Source: Spirochaetia bacterium
GTDB lineage: Bacteria; Spirochaetota; Spirochaetia; CAKZLE01
Reading direction: 5' to 3'
Length of the DNA stretch: 64,000 bases
NCBI GenBank assembly: GCA_021736385.1
Contig: JAIPFY010000004.1
Location: forward strand, 6,112-70,111
Both the position numbers and the translations under genes were made by a program. Of the stretch, positions 1 to 10,145 are shown piece after piece. The notes under the pieces are model-generated. The model searched no databases. It was not told the DNA's origin and saw nothing but the letters and a program-made list of their open reading frames with translations. The stretch's first letter is position 1, and every line of letters begins with the position of its first letter.

Positions 1-109
1 AGCACATGCATTGAAAGTGATGCTTACGTTCGACGAATAGTACCGTTTCCATGGAACAATTCAGGCGCTTCTGTATCAGCAGGGCGCCTGAATAAAAAAG
101 GGGTGGCTT

Positions 110-1627
110 GTGAGTGAAGATAGTCTACTGGAAATGAAAGGTATCAGCAAACAGTTTCCAGGCGTGAAAGCTTTGAATCAGGTTGATTTTTCTGTTCGTT
201 ACGGAGAGGTCCATGCTTTGATCGGTGAGAACGGGGCTGGAAAATCCACCCTGATGAAAGTCCTGTTAGGCATGTACACACCAAATAGCGGAACGATCTC
301 GTTTGCAGGGAAAGACGTGGTGATCGACTCACCACATGATGCATTGAAGACAGGTATCTCCATGATACATCAGGAATTAAGCTTAGTGCCAGATAGGACG
401 GTCGCTGAAAATATCTTTATTGGCAGAGAACCGGTGAACGCATTAGGCCTTCTGGACTGGAAAAGACTCTATGCTGAAGCTGAAAGCTTGATGCGGACAA
501 TAGGTATGGTATTCGACCCGCAGCAAAAGGTCAGTGATCTTACCGTCTCACAGCAGCAGATGATAGAGATCGCCAGAGCTGTCTCGTATAAGTCAAAATT
601 GATCATCATGGATGAACCGACATCCGCGTTGACTGATAAAGAAGTCAATACGCTCTATACCATCATCAACGGCCTGAAAAAGGAACATGTATCGGTCATA
701 TTCATCTCGCATAAACTAGAAGAGATATTCAGGATCGCAGATCGAACTACAGTTCTTCGCGATGGAGAGCTCGTCGGTGTGAAGAATAATAAAGAATTCA
801 ATAAGGAACTGCTTGTTACCATGATGGTTGGTCGGGAATTGAATCAGATATTCCCTAAAGAAGATGTAGCGATCGGTGACGTGCTGCTGGAAGCAAAGAA
901 CCTGACTCGAAAAGGGGTCTTTGAGAACATCAGTTTTTCCGTAAGAAAGGGTGAGATCCTGGGTTTTTCCGGTCTGATGGGTGCCGGTCGGACAGAAGTC
1001 ATGCGGGCTCTGTTCGGGATCGATAGACTCGATAGTGGTGAAGTATTTTTACGTGGAGAGAAAGTGAACATCCATTCTCCCCAGAAAGCCATCTCTCTTG
1101 GGTTGGGGATGGTAACGGAAGATAGAAAGGTTGAAGGCCTATGTCTGATCAGGTCGATCAAAGAGAATATCTCCATGGTCACGATGAAAGATTACTGCAG
1201 ACTGTCGCTCATCAACGACAGAAAAGAGACTGCACATGCCCAGTCGAAGATCGAGATGCTGAGGATCAAGACACCGAATCAGCATGTGAAGGCTAATTCA
1301 CTTAGTGGTGGGAATCAGCAGAAAGTGGTTGTTGCGAAATGGCTTGCCATAAAACCCGGACTCATCATCCTGGATGAGCCTACCAGAGGTATTGATGTCG
1401 GGGCAAAATCAGAGATTCACAAGCTGATGACATCGTTCGTAAAAGAAGGTCTGGCTATCATATTGATCTCTTCCGAATTGCCGGAAGTCCTTGGGATGAG
1501 TGACAGGATACTGGTTATGCATGAAGGTCGTATCAAAGGAGAATTCCTCCGAGAAGAAGCCACACAAGAGAAATTGCTGCAGTGCGCGATGGTTGAGAAC
1601 AGGGAGGGATCGTATGCAAATCAATAG
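110..1627 (+). CDS. Sugar ABC transporter ATP-binding protein with duplicated ATPase domains (RbsA/MglA-like)
   Basis: 505 aa with two Walker A motifs (GENGAGKST, GLMGAGRTE) and LSGGNQQK signatures. GTG start with AAGGGGTGG RBS. Overlaps downstream permease by 14 bp. Confidence 0.9.
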   Translation: MSEDSLLEMKGISKQFPGVKALNQVDFSVRYGEVHALIGENGAGKSTLMKVLLGMYTPNSGTISFAGKDVVIDSPHDALKTGISMIHQELSLVPDRTVAENIFIGREPVNALGLLDWKRLYAEAESLMRTIGMVFDPQQKVSDLTVSQQQMIEIARAVSYKSKLIIMDEPTSALTDKEVNTLYTIINGLKKEHVSVIFISHKLEEIFRIADRTTVLRDGELVGVKNNKEFNKELLVTMMVGRELNQIFPKEDVAIGDVLLEAKNLTRKGVFENISFSVRKGEILGFSGLMGAGRTEVMRALFGIDRLDSGEVFLRGEKVNIHSPQKAISLGLGMVTEDRKVEGLCLIRSIKENISMVTMKDYCRLSLINDRKETAHAQSKIEMLRIKTPNQHVKANSLSGGNQQKVVVAKWLAIKPGLIILDEPTRGIDVGAKSEIHKLMTSFVKEGLAIILISSELPEVLGMSDRILVMHEGRIKGEFLREEATQEKLLQCAMVENREGSYANQ

Positions 1628-2576
1628 AACTGAAGTGATTAAAAATCTTGATAGATTCAAAATGGTCATCATATTACTACTGATGATCATTGTGATGTCA
1701 TTTGCCAGTGATGTGTTTCTCAGTGGTAGGAATATCATGAATGTCGTCAGGCAGATATCTGTCAACATGATCCTGGCGGTGGGAATGACCTTTGTGATCA
1801 TGACCGGTGGTATCGATCTGAGTGTCGGCTCGATCCTCGCGGTATCCGGGGTGGTCGCCTCATCGCTGCTGAAGAATGGATCAGTCGATTCGATCCTGCT
1901 TGTAACAATTATCGCATCGATAGTAGGTGGGCTCTTAGGTCTGGTCAACGGGTTGTCGATCGCCAAACTCAAGGTTCCGCCTTTCATCTCTACATTGGCA
2001 ATGATGCAGATAGCTCGTGGTATTGCCTATCTGCTGTCCAATGGGCGTCCTATCGTCGATCTGCCAAAGAGATTCCTGATAATCGGGCAGGAGGCATTCA
2101 TGGGGTTGCCTATTATGGTGATCATGATGATCGTAGTCGTCGCTATAGGGTATGTTCTGCTGCAGAGGACAAGGTTCGGCAGGTATGTCTATTACATCGG
2201 AGGCAATGAAGAAGCTGCGAGGGTTTCGGGCGTCAATGTCTCAAGGATCCTCATCTTGGTCTATGTGCTTGCCGGTATTTGTGCAGGATTTGCCGGTGTG
2301 ATCCTCTCTTCTCGAATCAATTCCGGTCAACCTCAAGCTGGTCTCACATATGAACTCTATGCGATCGCGGCTGTCGTGATCGGAGGTACCAGCTTGAACG
2401 GGGGGATCGGATCGATCGGGGGGACTATCATCGGTGCCATCATCATCGGACTGATCCGAAACAGTATGAATCTACTGAATGTATCTCCGTTCAATCAGAT
2501 GGTTGTTCTGGGAGTAGTGATCCTCTTGGCTGTCATACTTGATATGCAGTCTTCGAAACGGATGCTCAAGAGTTAG
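1614..2576 (+). CDS. Sugar ABC transporter permease (RbsC/branched-type inner-membrane component)
   Basis: ATG at 1614 preceded by GGGAGGGA RBS (the ORF track starts earlier at 1500). Multi-TM hydrophobic protein typical of RbsC-family permeases. Translationally coupled to the ATPase. Confidence 0.85.
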   Translation: MQINRTEVIKNLDRFKMVIILLLMIIVMSFASDVFLSGRNIMNVVRQISVNMILAVGMTFVIMTGGIDLSVGSILAVSGVVASSLLKNGSVDSILLVTIIASIVGGLLGLVNGLSIAKLKVPPFISTLAMMQIARGIAYLLSNGRPIVDLPKRFLIIGQEAFMGLPIMVIMMIVVVAIGYVLLQRTRFGRYVYYIGGNEEAARVSGVNVSRILILVYVLAGICAGFAGVILSSRINSGQPQAGLTYELYAIAAVVIGGTSLNGGIGSIGGTIIGAIIIGLIRNSMNLLNVSPFNQMVVLGVVILLAVILDMQSSKRMLKS

Positions 2577-2623
2577 TGTATGCATCTATCCGAAAGGATG
2601 GAAAAAATAAATAAAGGGGTATT

Positions 2624-3568
2624 ATGATGAAGAGAACGATGGGAGTGATGTTAGTACTGATACTGACAGCAGGGTTTGTCTTTGGGCAGGGAAGCAGCGA
2701 AGAGAAAGACACGATAGTCCTCGGTCTGAGTATGTCGGCACATACACAGTTTCTGGAAAATGTGACTGATGCGGCGCTTGCTCAGGCAGAGGAACGTGGT
2801 GTTGAGATCATATCGATGAATGGTAATGATGACATCGATACACAGATCAATGATGTTGAAAGCCTTATCACACGAGGGGTCGATGCAATCATCCTCAATC
2901 CCCTCGACCGTGCGGGCCTTGGCAGATCTGTTGATAATGTAAAAGCTGCAGGTATCCCTCTGGTCGAAGTCAACACCTTCACGAACAACGACAAGTATGA
3001 TGTCTATGTCGGGTCGGATGAAGTCGTAGCCGGAAAGACTCAAGGTAATTGGGTTGCGAAGAATATGGGTGAGAGCGGGAACATCTGCATCCTCTATGGT
3101 GTGATGGGTCACTCCGGTCAGATCGGTAGGTTTGAAGGTGTGAAACAGAGCCTGCTTGATCAGTATCCCGGTTGGACGCTGCTTGCTGATATGACCGGCG
3201 AGTGGAAACGAAGTGAAGGTCTGAGAATCACAGAGGACTGGATTCAGACGTACGGTAACGAGATCGATGTCATCGCAGCTCAGAACGATGAGATGGCTTT
3301 AGGTGCTCTGCAGGCAGTCCAGGAAGCAGGACTTGATATCGCAGTTCTCGGGATCGATGCTACACCGGATGCTATCCAGTCTGTGATCGACGGTGGGTTG
3401 AAGCTTACCGTGTTCCAGAATTCAAAAGCACAGGGTTCAGAAGCGGTGAACGTCGCTATTGGACTGGTCAATGGTGAAACATATCCAAAGGTCTATGATA
3501 TTCCCTATGAAGAGGTAACGACCGAAAACGCACAGGTCTACCTGGAACGAGTATCATCCTGGAATTGA
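2624..3568 (+). CDS. Periplasmic sugar-binding protein (RbsB/LacI-type periplasmic binding fold), secreted
   Basis: N-terminal signal peptide MMKRTMGVMLVLILTAGFVFG. Periplasmic binding protein family 1 architecture. Third gene of the ABC operon. Confidence 0.85.
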   Translation: MMKRTMGVMLVLILTAGFVFGQGSSEEKDTIVLGLSMSAHTQFLENVTDAALAQAEERGVEIISMNGNDDIDTQINDVESLITRGVDAIILNPLDRAGLGRSVDNVKAAGIPLVEVNTFTNNDKYDVYVGSDEVVAGKTQGNWVAKNMGESGNICILYGVMGHSGQIGRFEGVKQSLLDQYPGWTLLADMTGEWKRSEGLRITEDWIQTYGNEIDVIAAQNDEMALGALQAVQEAGLDIAVLGIDATPDAIQSVIDGGLKLTVFQNSKAQGSEAVNVAIGLVNGETYPKVYDIPYEEVTTENAQVYLERVSSWN

Positions 3569-3587
3569 TCACATTATGAAATAATTC

Positions 3588-3624
3588 AACGAAGCGTATA
3601 GGCATCCTTCCTATACGCTTCGTT
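3588..3624 (+). terminator. Perfect 15-bp stem / 7-nt loop hairpin between the binding-protein gene and the next gene (intra-operon attenuator or mRNA-stabilising stem-loop)
   Basis: AACGAAGCGTATAGG-catcctt-CCTATACGCTTCGTT. No U-tract, so partial termination is more likely than full. Confidence 0.5.
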
Positions 3625-3638
3625 ATAGAGGTGAAATC

Positions 3639-4655
3639 ATGAAAAGAGTACAGTTGGGAATCATCGGACTGGGGAGACTTGGTCGGGAACATGCGAAGAA
3701 TATCTATTACAATATACCTCAGGCAGATCTGACAGCTATTTGCAGTGTGGTCCAGAGTGAGTTGGATCTTGTATCAGAAGAGATGGATCCACGGATCGTG
3801 ACGAACGATTATATGGATCTTCTTACGGACAGGGATCTCGATGGTCTTGTGATCTCGACGAATTCAGCCACCCATTGTGAGATCATCTGTAAAGCTGCCG
3901 CCGCCGGTGTCAAGAACATATATACCGAGAAGCCTATTGGCATGTCTCAACAGGAAATCGACAAGATCAGGCAGGCAGTGACCGAACACAAGGTACGACT
4001 ATGTCAAGTTGGATACAATCATCGATTTGATCATGATCTGTGTGAAGCGAAGAAGAAAGTAGATGAAGGATTCATTGGAAACCCGATACTCATAAAGATG
4101 GCCTCACGCGATCAGGCTGGTCTGGAAGAGTTCCTGGTCAAGTTCGCTCCGTCAAGCGGTGGGCTTGTAGCTGACATGCTCACCCATGACTATGATACCG
4201 CACGATGGTTTACCGGATCTGAAGCAGAGACGATATACGGTCTGGGCGGTGTGTATGCCTATGAAGGATTGAAAGCTGTTGATGATATCGATAATACCGT
4301 GATCCTGATGCGATTCAAGAATGGTGTGATGGTACAGCTGGAAGCAAGCAGAAACAGTGCTTATGGGTATCATGCGCCCATGGAGATCTATGGAAGCGAA
4401 GGATGTATCAAGATCGGTGAGAACTCATTCCGTGACAGAAGTATCTATCTGAATGCTGATGGGGTGAACCGGTCCTGCACGACCTGGTTCTTTGCATACT
4501 GGGAACAGACCTATCTTGCTGAGATCGCAGATTTTGTTGATTGCATCATTACCGGTAAGGAACCCAAAGTAAACCTCATTGATGGGTATAAAGCCGTTGA
4601 GTGGGCTCTGAAAGCCAAGGAAGCTGTCGATACCGGCTCTATCATCACTATGTGA
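3639..4655 (+). CDS. Gfo/Idh/MocA family NAD(P)-dependent oxidoreductase (inositol/sugar dehydrogenase-like)
   Basis: N-terminal Rossmann motif GIIGLGRLGREHAKNI. Family-typical EKP motif and C-terminal alpha/beta domain. RBS AGAGGTG. Confidence 0.85.
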   Translation: MKRVQLGIIGLGRLGREHAKNIYYNIPQADLTAICSVVQSELDLVSEEMDPRIVTNDYMDLLTDRDLDGLVISTNSATHCEIICKAAAAGVKNIYTEKPIGMSQQEIDKIRQAVTEHKVRLCQVGYNHRFDHDLCEAKKKVDEGFIGNPILIKMASRDQAGLEEFLVKFAPSSGGLVADMLTHDYDTARWFTGSEAETIYGLGGVYAYEGLKAVDDIDNTVILMRFKNGVMVQLEASRNSAYGYHAPMEIYGSEGCIKIGENSFRDRSIYLNADGVNRSCTTWFFAYWEQTYLAEIADFVDCIITGKEPKVNLIDGYKAVEWALKAKEAVDTGSIITM

Positions 4656-4813
4656 TGCAGTACGGGGACACCCCCCTCTGTATGGGGGGCACGACTCTAT
4701 ACACATACAGATCTCCTGAGCGAGCAGCATATGCACATATGCCTGTATAGAGAGGTGTTGACTTCTCGTACATAGAGTACACTCTAAAATAGAGTGAAAA
4801 GGATGTAATAGCT

Positions 4814-6364
4814 ATGGAACCATCATTGGGAAACTATATCATACATGAGTTCGTGCAGCAGAGATCGTATACTTTGAGTACAGAGATCATTGTGCGTGCT
4901 GTGGAGAAAGCCAACACTGAAGACTCGGAGTACCTGTATGCTGCACGATCGATACGTCAGGAGGGAAGTTGTTTCTATCTCATGGTCTCAGAACTCGACT
5001 CCTGTAAAACTGCACTGATCATCTGCTCAGAAAAACAGGAAGAACTTCGATTCTTGGGGATGGTACGAGATCATGATCTCTTCTATCTGCAGGTTGCAGA
5101 ACTCTCCTGGCACAATACACAGATCCTTCATGAGGTGTTTCCCTTTACGAAACCGGTCTCACTGAAGGACAGACGTACTACCTTCGGCTGTGGCGATCGG
5201 TTGGGGCTGGCTTCCATCGGCCATATCCAGGCTATTGCACAGTACCCCGATGTCTATCCGGTGTTAGCCCAGCAATCGATGAGGGAGCTGCATCTCACCG
5301 GCAGGACTTATCAGGACGTTGTCACCGATGTGAGTTTCCAAGTGTTCCAGGAAGGGTTTACCAGAGGGTATGGTGCCGATGGTGATCATCTGAAGACCTT
5401 GGAAGATATCGACTCAGCACTTGATGCACACATGCCGATGATCACTTTGGATCTTTCTGATCAGATGCATCCGGAAGCTGCTCAATGGTCTGCTGAAGAA
5501 CTGGAAAAGCGATTCCATAAGCTCTCGCTGGATGCCATCACCTTTGTCATGGAGCTGTTCTATCATCGGCAGTGGAATATCGGTGGGCAGCAGTACAGCT
5601 TCTCCCGTGAAGAGATCTATCGGTGCACCTTGATCTATCTTGATGCAATACACTATACCAGAGACGTCGAGCAGCATATTCGTATGCGGCGAGGCGATCA
5701 ATATGATCTTGAGATCAGTATCGATGAGACATCCACACCGACACTGCCTCTGCATCACCTGTTCATTGCCGTAGCTCTGCAGTCAGAGGGCGTAGCGTTC
5801 AGCTCCCTCGCCCCTCGGTTTATCGGTGAATTCCAAAAAGGTGTTGATTACCGTGGGAACCTCGAGGATTTCACAATCCAGTTCGATCAGCACGCCGCTA
5901 TAGCTGAATATTTTGCATCATACAAGCTTTCCATACACTCTGGAAGTGATAAGTATTCGGTATTCGGTATCATCGGTGCAAGAACCGGCATGCACCTGCA
6001 CGTGAAGACCTCCGGTACCAGCTGGCTTGAAGCTCTGCGAGTAGTTGCTACAGAGAACTCCCCGTTATACCGGCAGATCCATGCAAAAGCACTGGCTTTC
6101 TTCCCGACTGCATCAACGTACTATCATGTTTCCTGTGATCTGAAACAGGTGGTTCCAATCGACCACGTAGAACAGGAAGACTATGCTGAGTATCTCAACA
6201 GTGATGATTCCAGACAGCTTGTACACATAACCTACGGCGGTATCTTAGCAGATACGGAACTACGTGCAGAATTGTTCAGGACACTCTATCGTTATACAGA
6301 TGTCCTGAACCATTATGAGTGCACGAACATCGAAAAGCATCTGACAAGCCTGTATGGCATATAA
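4814..6364 (+). CDS. GatZ/KbaZ-UxaE superfamily TIM-barrel protein (putative ketose/uronate epimerase-like); function uncertain
   Basis: 516 aa. Segments GADGDHLK, HSGSDKYS and HVKTSGTSWLEALR resemble, from my recollection, the GGDHLGP, HSTDYQ and LKVGPALTFALREAL regions of E. coli GatZ. About 100 extra N-terminal residues. Sits in a sugar operon after an oxidoreductase. Confidence 0.4.
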   Translation: MEPSLGNYIIHEFVQQRSYTLSTEIIVRAVEKANTEDSEYLYAARSIRQEGSCFYLMVSELDSCKTALIICSEKQEELRFLGMVRDHDLFYLQVAELSWHNTQILHEVFPFTKPVSLKDRRTTFGCGDRLGLASIGHIQAIAQYPDVYPVLAQQSMRELHLTGRTYQDVVTDVSFQVFQEGFTRGYGADGDHLKTLEDIDSALDAHMPMITLDLSDQMHPEAAQWSAEELEKRFHKLSLDAITFVMELFYHRQWNIGGQQYSFSREEIYRCTLIYLDAIHYTRDVEQHIRMRRGDQYDLEISIDETSTPTLPLHHLFIAVALQSEGVAFSSLAPRFIGEFQKGVDYRGNLEDFTIQFDQHAAIAEYFASYKLSIHSGSDKYSVFGIIGARTGMHLHVKTSGTSWLEALRVVATENSPLYRQIHAKALAFFPTASTYYHVSCDLKQVVPIDHVEQEDYAEYLNSDDSRQLVHITYGGILADTELRAELFRTLYRYTDVLNHYECTNIEKHLTSLYGI

Positions 6365-6374
6365 CCGATATCTC

Positions 6375-6456
6375 CTGAGATGATCCCATCCATGAGTGGA
6401 TCATCTCAGGCAGAACCTCCTTTTTGCAGTATCGTCTCAACAAGAGACGATACTGC
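6375..6456. terminator. Two tandem perfect hairpins (12-bp and 13-bp stems) in the convergent gap; likely bidirectional terminators
   Basis: CTGAGATGATCC-11nt-GGATCATCTCAG, then GCAGTATCGTCTC-aacaa-GAGACGATACTGC followed by TTTCGT. Confidence 0.55.
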
Positions 6457-6483
6457 TTTCGTATGAGAAGCAGAGTGAAAGGC

Positions 6484-8349
6484 CTACTGCAGTGCCTCGT
6501 TGGCGTGATGCATCTCATCAGTATCGAGATCGATACGGGTGATGCTCTGGTTCCTGTCATCTATCTCATACAGAAGACTTTGAGATCCTGTGAAATGCAG
6601 ATCAAGGTGGTAGCTGTGTTCCGGTGTACTGAAGCAGGCACTGAGCTGTCTGTCCTGGATCTGATGAGAGAACCCCTGTACAAGAGGGTAGTGCAGGTTC
6701 CGAAGGTCCGGATGCAGCACGAACAGTCTGTAGATGTCCCGGTCGTTCCTTACCCAGAAATCGACAGGAGTCTCGGTCTGCAGGACGGGATTCACAGTCG
6801 GCAGGTCCCCCAGAGCCCGTGCCATGGTCTGCTCTGCAAGCTCCCTGTACGACTCGTGTTGTTGCCTGCCGGGTTCGTTCGGGGACTGGCGCAGTACTAT
6901 CGGGGCCCCTTCCCGTACCAGCCGATCGATCTCCAGCAGGTACTCGAAGTCGATATAGTGTGCATCGACATAGAGGAATGAGAATTGCAGGTCCCCGTAT
7001 ACTAACTGGTGTGTCTGTTGGTCATATGCAAGCTGTTTCAGCAGTGCTCCAGATATCCAGAGAGGCCGATACGCAAGCAGATCATCCGGGATCTTCGTTT
7101 CCTGCAGTTCCCAGAAATAATGACTGCTCGGTTTAGTGAGTTCCTGAGGGAGTCTGTCTGCCATCCACTGATCTTCCAGCGGCAGGTAGATCAAAGATGG
7201 TGCATACACGTTTCCGAACCGTAACTGCTCACTCATGGAAGTGAGGTAGTCATTGAACCATCTGAGTTCCTGGTTCAACGTCCCATCTCTCCCCACGTGC
7301 ACAGTCGCATAGAAACGTGTGTCATGTGGAACCTGTTCATAGGGCATCCCGTGCCATACGACCTGATTCACACCGCAGGCGAACTGAGCATCTGCTACAC
7401 ATCGCAGATCATAGACATCCTCTTCTCCCAGTCCAGGGGCCTCTTCGGGGCTGGGGACCCATCCGTAAATACAGGTGAAGGATTCGCTTGATACCACAGG
7501 CTTGCCGTACAGAGCAGCGGAAGAAGCTGCAAAGAGAGCGAAGTCCGGGTCAAAGAGCATCGTCTCCGTCTCTGGTATGTCAGAGCATCCATATGCCTGC
7601 AGGATATCTGTAGGAGCACCATGACACTGGACTCTTGCATATGCTCCTGCAGCATGTGAGATCGCACCAAAGGGCCTGTAGAACTCTTCAATAGTCCTTT
7701 GCGCCAAAAGTTTGCGATAATCGTATCGGACCTCGGGGAATCGGTCCAGATCGGTACTGAATGCCGCCAGATCATACCCATAGGAGCTGCTGAAGTCAGT
7801 GAACAGGCCGTCATAGGAGAGTCCTTCAGGGTCTATCTCCCATGAATCACAGAAGAAGCTCATTCCCGGGTACTCTTCTGCAAAGTCTGAAAACCCATAA
7901 GACAGCAGGTGGTCTGCATAATATGTCAGTGCTTCTGCATTGAGATGATCCAGAATCAGACCCGGTTTGGACAGATACCGGGACTCCCAACTCTTACGTA
8001 ATCGCTGCTGTGAACTCCCGGAAAAGACCTTGCTGGCATATGTGTGAGGGATGAACGATCCGCCGAATGGCCATAAGGTCCCGAACGTCAGATCACAGCC
8101 GATATGAAGATCTCTGCAGGTCTGTACAGCGAACATGACATAGGAGGTGAATTCTTCATCAAGGAATCGGGGACCTTCAGCACTACCTGTATCTTGCAGG
8201 GGGTAGACCCAAGCGATCTCCACCCCTCCGAATCCCATATCAGCGATCCACTCGAGCTGTTTCACTATGGCCTGCTCTGATAGCGGACCTGAGAACCACC
8301 ACCATCGTACATATGGTCGTGCATTGATGAACATCGGATGCTGTTTCAT
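6484..8349 (-). CDS. Putative glycoside hydrolase (family uncertain; Trp-rich N-terminus with RWWW motif), last gene of the CUT1 ABC operon
   Basis: 621 aa cytoplasmic protein. ARPYVRWWWFSG motif, which I associate with certain GH families (alpha-L-rhamnosidase-like) but cannot assign. Start 4 nt after the permease stop, with AAGGA RBS. Confidence 0.5.
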   Translation of the reverse strand: MKQHPMFINARPYVRWWWFSGPLSEQAIVKQLEWIADMGFGGVEIAWVYPLQDTGSAEGPRFLDEEFTSYVMFAVQTCRDLHIGCDLTFGTLWPFGGSFIPHTYASKVFSGSSQQRLRKSWESRYLSKPGLILDHLNAEALTYYADHLLSYGFSDFAEEYPGMSFFCDSWEIDPEGLSYDGLFTDFSSSYGYDLAAFSTDLDRFPEVRYDYRKLLAQRTIEEFYRPFGAISHAAGAYARVQCHGAPTDILQAYGCSDIPETETMLFDPDFALFAASSAALYGKPVVSSESFTCIYGWVPSPEEAPGLGEEDVYDLRCVADAQFACGVNQVVWHGMPYEQVPHDTRFYATVHVGRDGTLNQELRWFNDYLTSMSEQLRFGNVYAPSLIYLPLEDQWMADRLPQELTKPSSHYFWELQETKIPDDLLAYRPLWISGALLKQLAYDQQTHQLVYGDLQFSFLYVDAHYIDFEYLLEIDRLVREGAPIVLRQSPNEPGRQQHESYRELAEQTMARALGDLPTVNPVLQTETPVDFWVRNDRDIYRLFVLHPDLRNLHYPLVQGFSHQIQDRQLSACFSTPEHSYHLDLHFTGSQSLLYEIDDRNQSITRIDLDTDEMHHANEALQ

Positions 8350-8353
8350 GAGG

Positions 8354-9184
8354 TTATCCTTTGACCGAGCCGACTACCAGCCCGCCTATGATACGTCGAG
8401 AGAAAAACGCATACACTGCTATGATCGGGACGATCGAGATCGTGACACCGAGATAGATCGCTCCGTAGTTATTGGTATAGACACCTTTGAGCATGGAGAT
8501 CAGCAGCGGGAGGGTGAACTTGTCTTTGGAGAACAGGATGATCAGGGGCATGATATAGTTATTCCAGGACCCGACAAAATTGAAGATAGCAAGAGTCGCA
8601 AGAGCAGGTGTCAGCAGGGGCAGTACCAGTGTGTTGAAACTTCTGAATTCATGTGAACCATCGATCCTTGCTGCTTCCAGCAGCGCATCAGGGATGGCAG
8701 AATCAATATACATCTTGATGAAGAAGACCGTAGCAGGGTGGGCTATCCAGGGTATGATCAGCGGGATGGTCGTATCCAGCAGCCTGAGGGTGTTATGCAG
8801 ATGGTAGTAGCCGATCAGCCCGAGCTGCATGGGGATCATCATCGTGATAAGGACGGTAGAGAACAGGAACCCTGATCCCCGGAACTTGTACTTGGCAAAG
8901 CCGAACGCCGTCAAGGCTCCGAAATAGAGGGAGAGCACCACCGATGGTATGGTCACTTTGAGGCTGTTGTAGAATCCCCTGAAGATGTTCATGTGTTTGA
9001 CGATCTGCTCATAGTTCGCCTTGAGATCGTCCCCGGGCAGGAGGTTGAGATCACGTGCGATCTCAACGTTGCTGTGAGTGCTGTTCATGATCGTGATATA
9101 GAAGGGCATGATACTGATGGCAGCAAGAAGAATGAGGCATGCATATCGTATGACTGTCAGGGTGGCAGGTGTTTTCCATCTCAT
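8354..9184 (-). CDS. Carbohydrate ABC transporter permease (MalG/AraQ-like, CUT1)
   Basis: 276 aa, six predicted TM segments, EAA-like loop (EAARIDGS). ATGA overlap with upstream permease. Confidence 0.85.
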   Translation of the reverse strand: MRWKTPATLTVIRYACLILLAAISIMPFYITIMNSTHSNVEIARDLNLLPGDDLKANYEQIVKHMNIFRGFYNSLKVTIPSVVLSLYFGALTAFGFAKYKFRGSGFLFSTVLITMMIPMQLGLIGYYHLHNTLRLLDTTIPLIIPWIAHPATVFFIKMYIDSAIPDALLEAARIDGSHEFRSFNTLVLPLLTPALATLAIFNFVGSWNNYIMPLIILFSKDKFTLPLLISMLKGVYTNNYGAIYLGVTISIVPIIAVYAFFSRRIIGGLVVGSVKG

Positions 9185-10086
9185 CAGGAACCTCTTTTCT
9201 GCAGATTCTTATAGGCTGTGAAGGAGAAGAGCATGATCACCATCAGTAATCCATAGGCGATCGTTGAACCATATCCGTAGTTGGTATATCGGAACGAGGT
9301 ATTGTAGAGGTACATCACCATCGTGAGAATGGACCTGTTAGGTTCTCCCAGACCTCCTGTAAGCACATTCGGGACATCGAAGATCTGCATACCGCCGATT
9401 ATCGAGGTGACGATCACATACGTAAGGGTGTTCTTCAAAAGAGGGATAGTGATCCGAAAGAACATGGTCACATATCCTGCTCCATCGATCCGTGCTGCTT
9501 CATAGAGATTCTCGGGTATGGCTTTCATCCCTGCCATGACAATGAGGGTCGTATACCCGAACCATTGCCACCATTGAATGTAGGAAGTCGCTGTCACGGT
9601 CCAGAAGGGCTCTTTGAGCCAGTTTATCGGCTCTGATATCAGATGAAGTGACAGAAGGATCTGATTGACCGACCCGGCCTGCCAATCCAGGAGAATGCTG
9701 AACAGAACGGCTATGGATGTTGCGGTGATAAGATTCGGCAGATAGAAGACAGCCTGAAAGAACCCCCTTCCTTTGAACTTCTTGAATGAGAACAGGGCTG
9801 AGAGCACCAGTGCGAGACTGATCTGCGGGATCGCTGCAAGAAGCCATATGCGGAGGGTGTTGAAGAGAGCGGTATAGAAGAAATCGTCTGTTACCAGACG
9901 TCTGTAGTTCTTGAATCCGATGAATACCCAGTCCTGCAGCCCGTCCCATCGAAAGAAGGTCAACACAAACGTATAGAGGATCGGGTACAGTTGAAATAGT
10001 GCAAATACGATAACATACGGCAATACAAAGAACAGGCCGTATCGTGCATATGATATTGATCGGTTCTTTGATGTGTTTCTACTCAT
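9184..10086 (-). CDS. Carbohydrate ABC transporter permease (MalF/AraP-like, CUT1)
   Basis: Start moved to ATG at 10086 (MSRNTSK...), preceded by GAGGGAG RBS. EAARIDGAG motif. Confidence 0.8.
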   Translation of the reverse strand: MSRNTSKNRSISYARYGLFFVLPYVIVFALFQLYPILYTFVLTFFRWDGLQDWVFIGFKNYRRLVTDDFFYTALFNTLRIWLLAAIPQISLALVLSALFSFKKFKGRGFFQAVFYLPNLITATSIAVLFSILLDWQAGSVNQILLSLHLISEPINWLKEPFWTVTATSYIQWWQWFGYTTLIVMAGMKAIPENLYEAARIDGAGYVTMFFRITIPLLKNTLTYVIVTSIIGGMQIFDVPNVLTGGLGEPNRSILTMVMYLYNTSFRYTNYGYGSTIAYGLLMVIMLFSFTAYKNLQKRGS

Positions 10087-10145
10087 AGCTCCCTCACATA
10101 GAGGGTAATGGCAGCAGTGTGCCATTACCCGATGATCACAACGTA

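Noticed and set aside
61-91. Inverted repeat TCAGGCGC-15nt-GCGCCTGA followed by AATAAAAAAG upstream of the ABC ATPase gene
   Set aside because: The hairpin is real, but the downstream tract is A-rich on the plus strand, so it is not a canonical intrinsic terminator in either orientation. Possibly a regulatory site, but unsupported.
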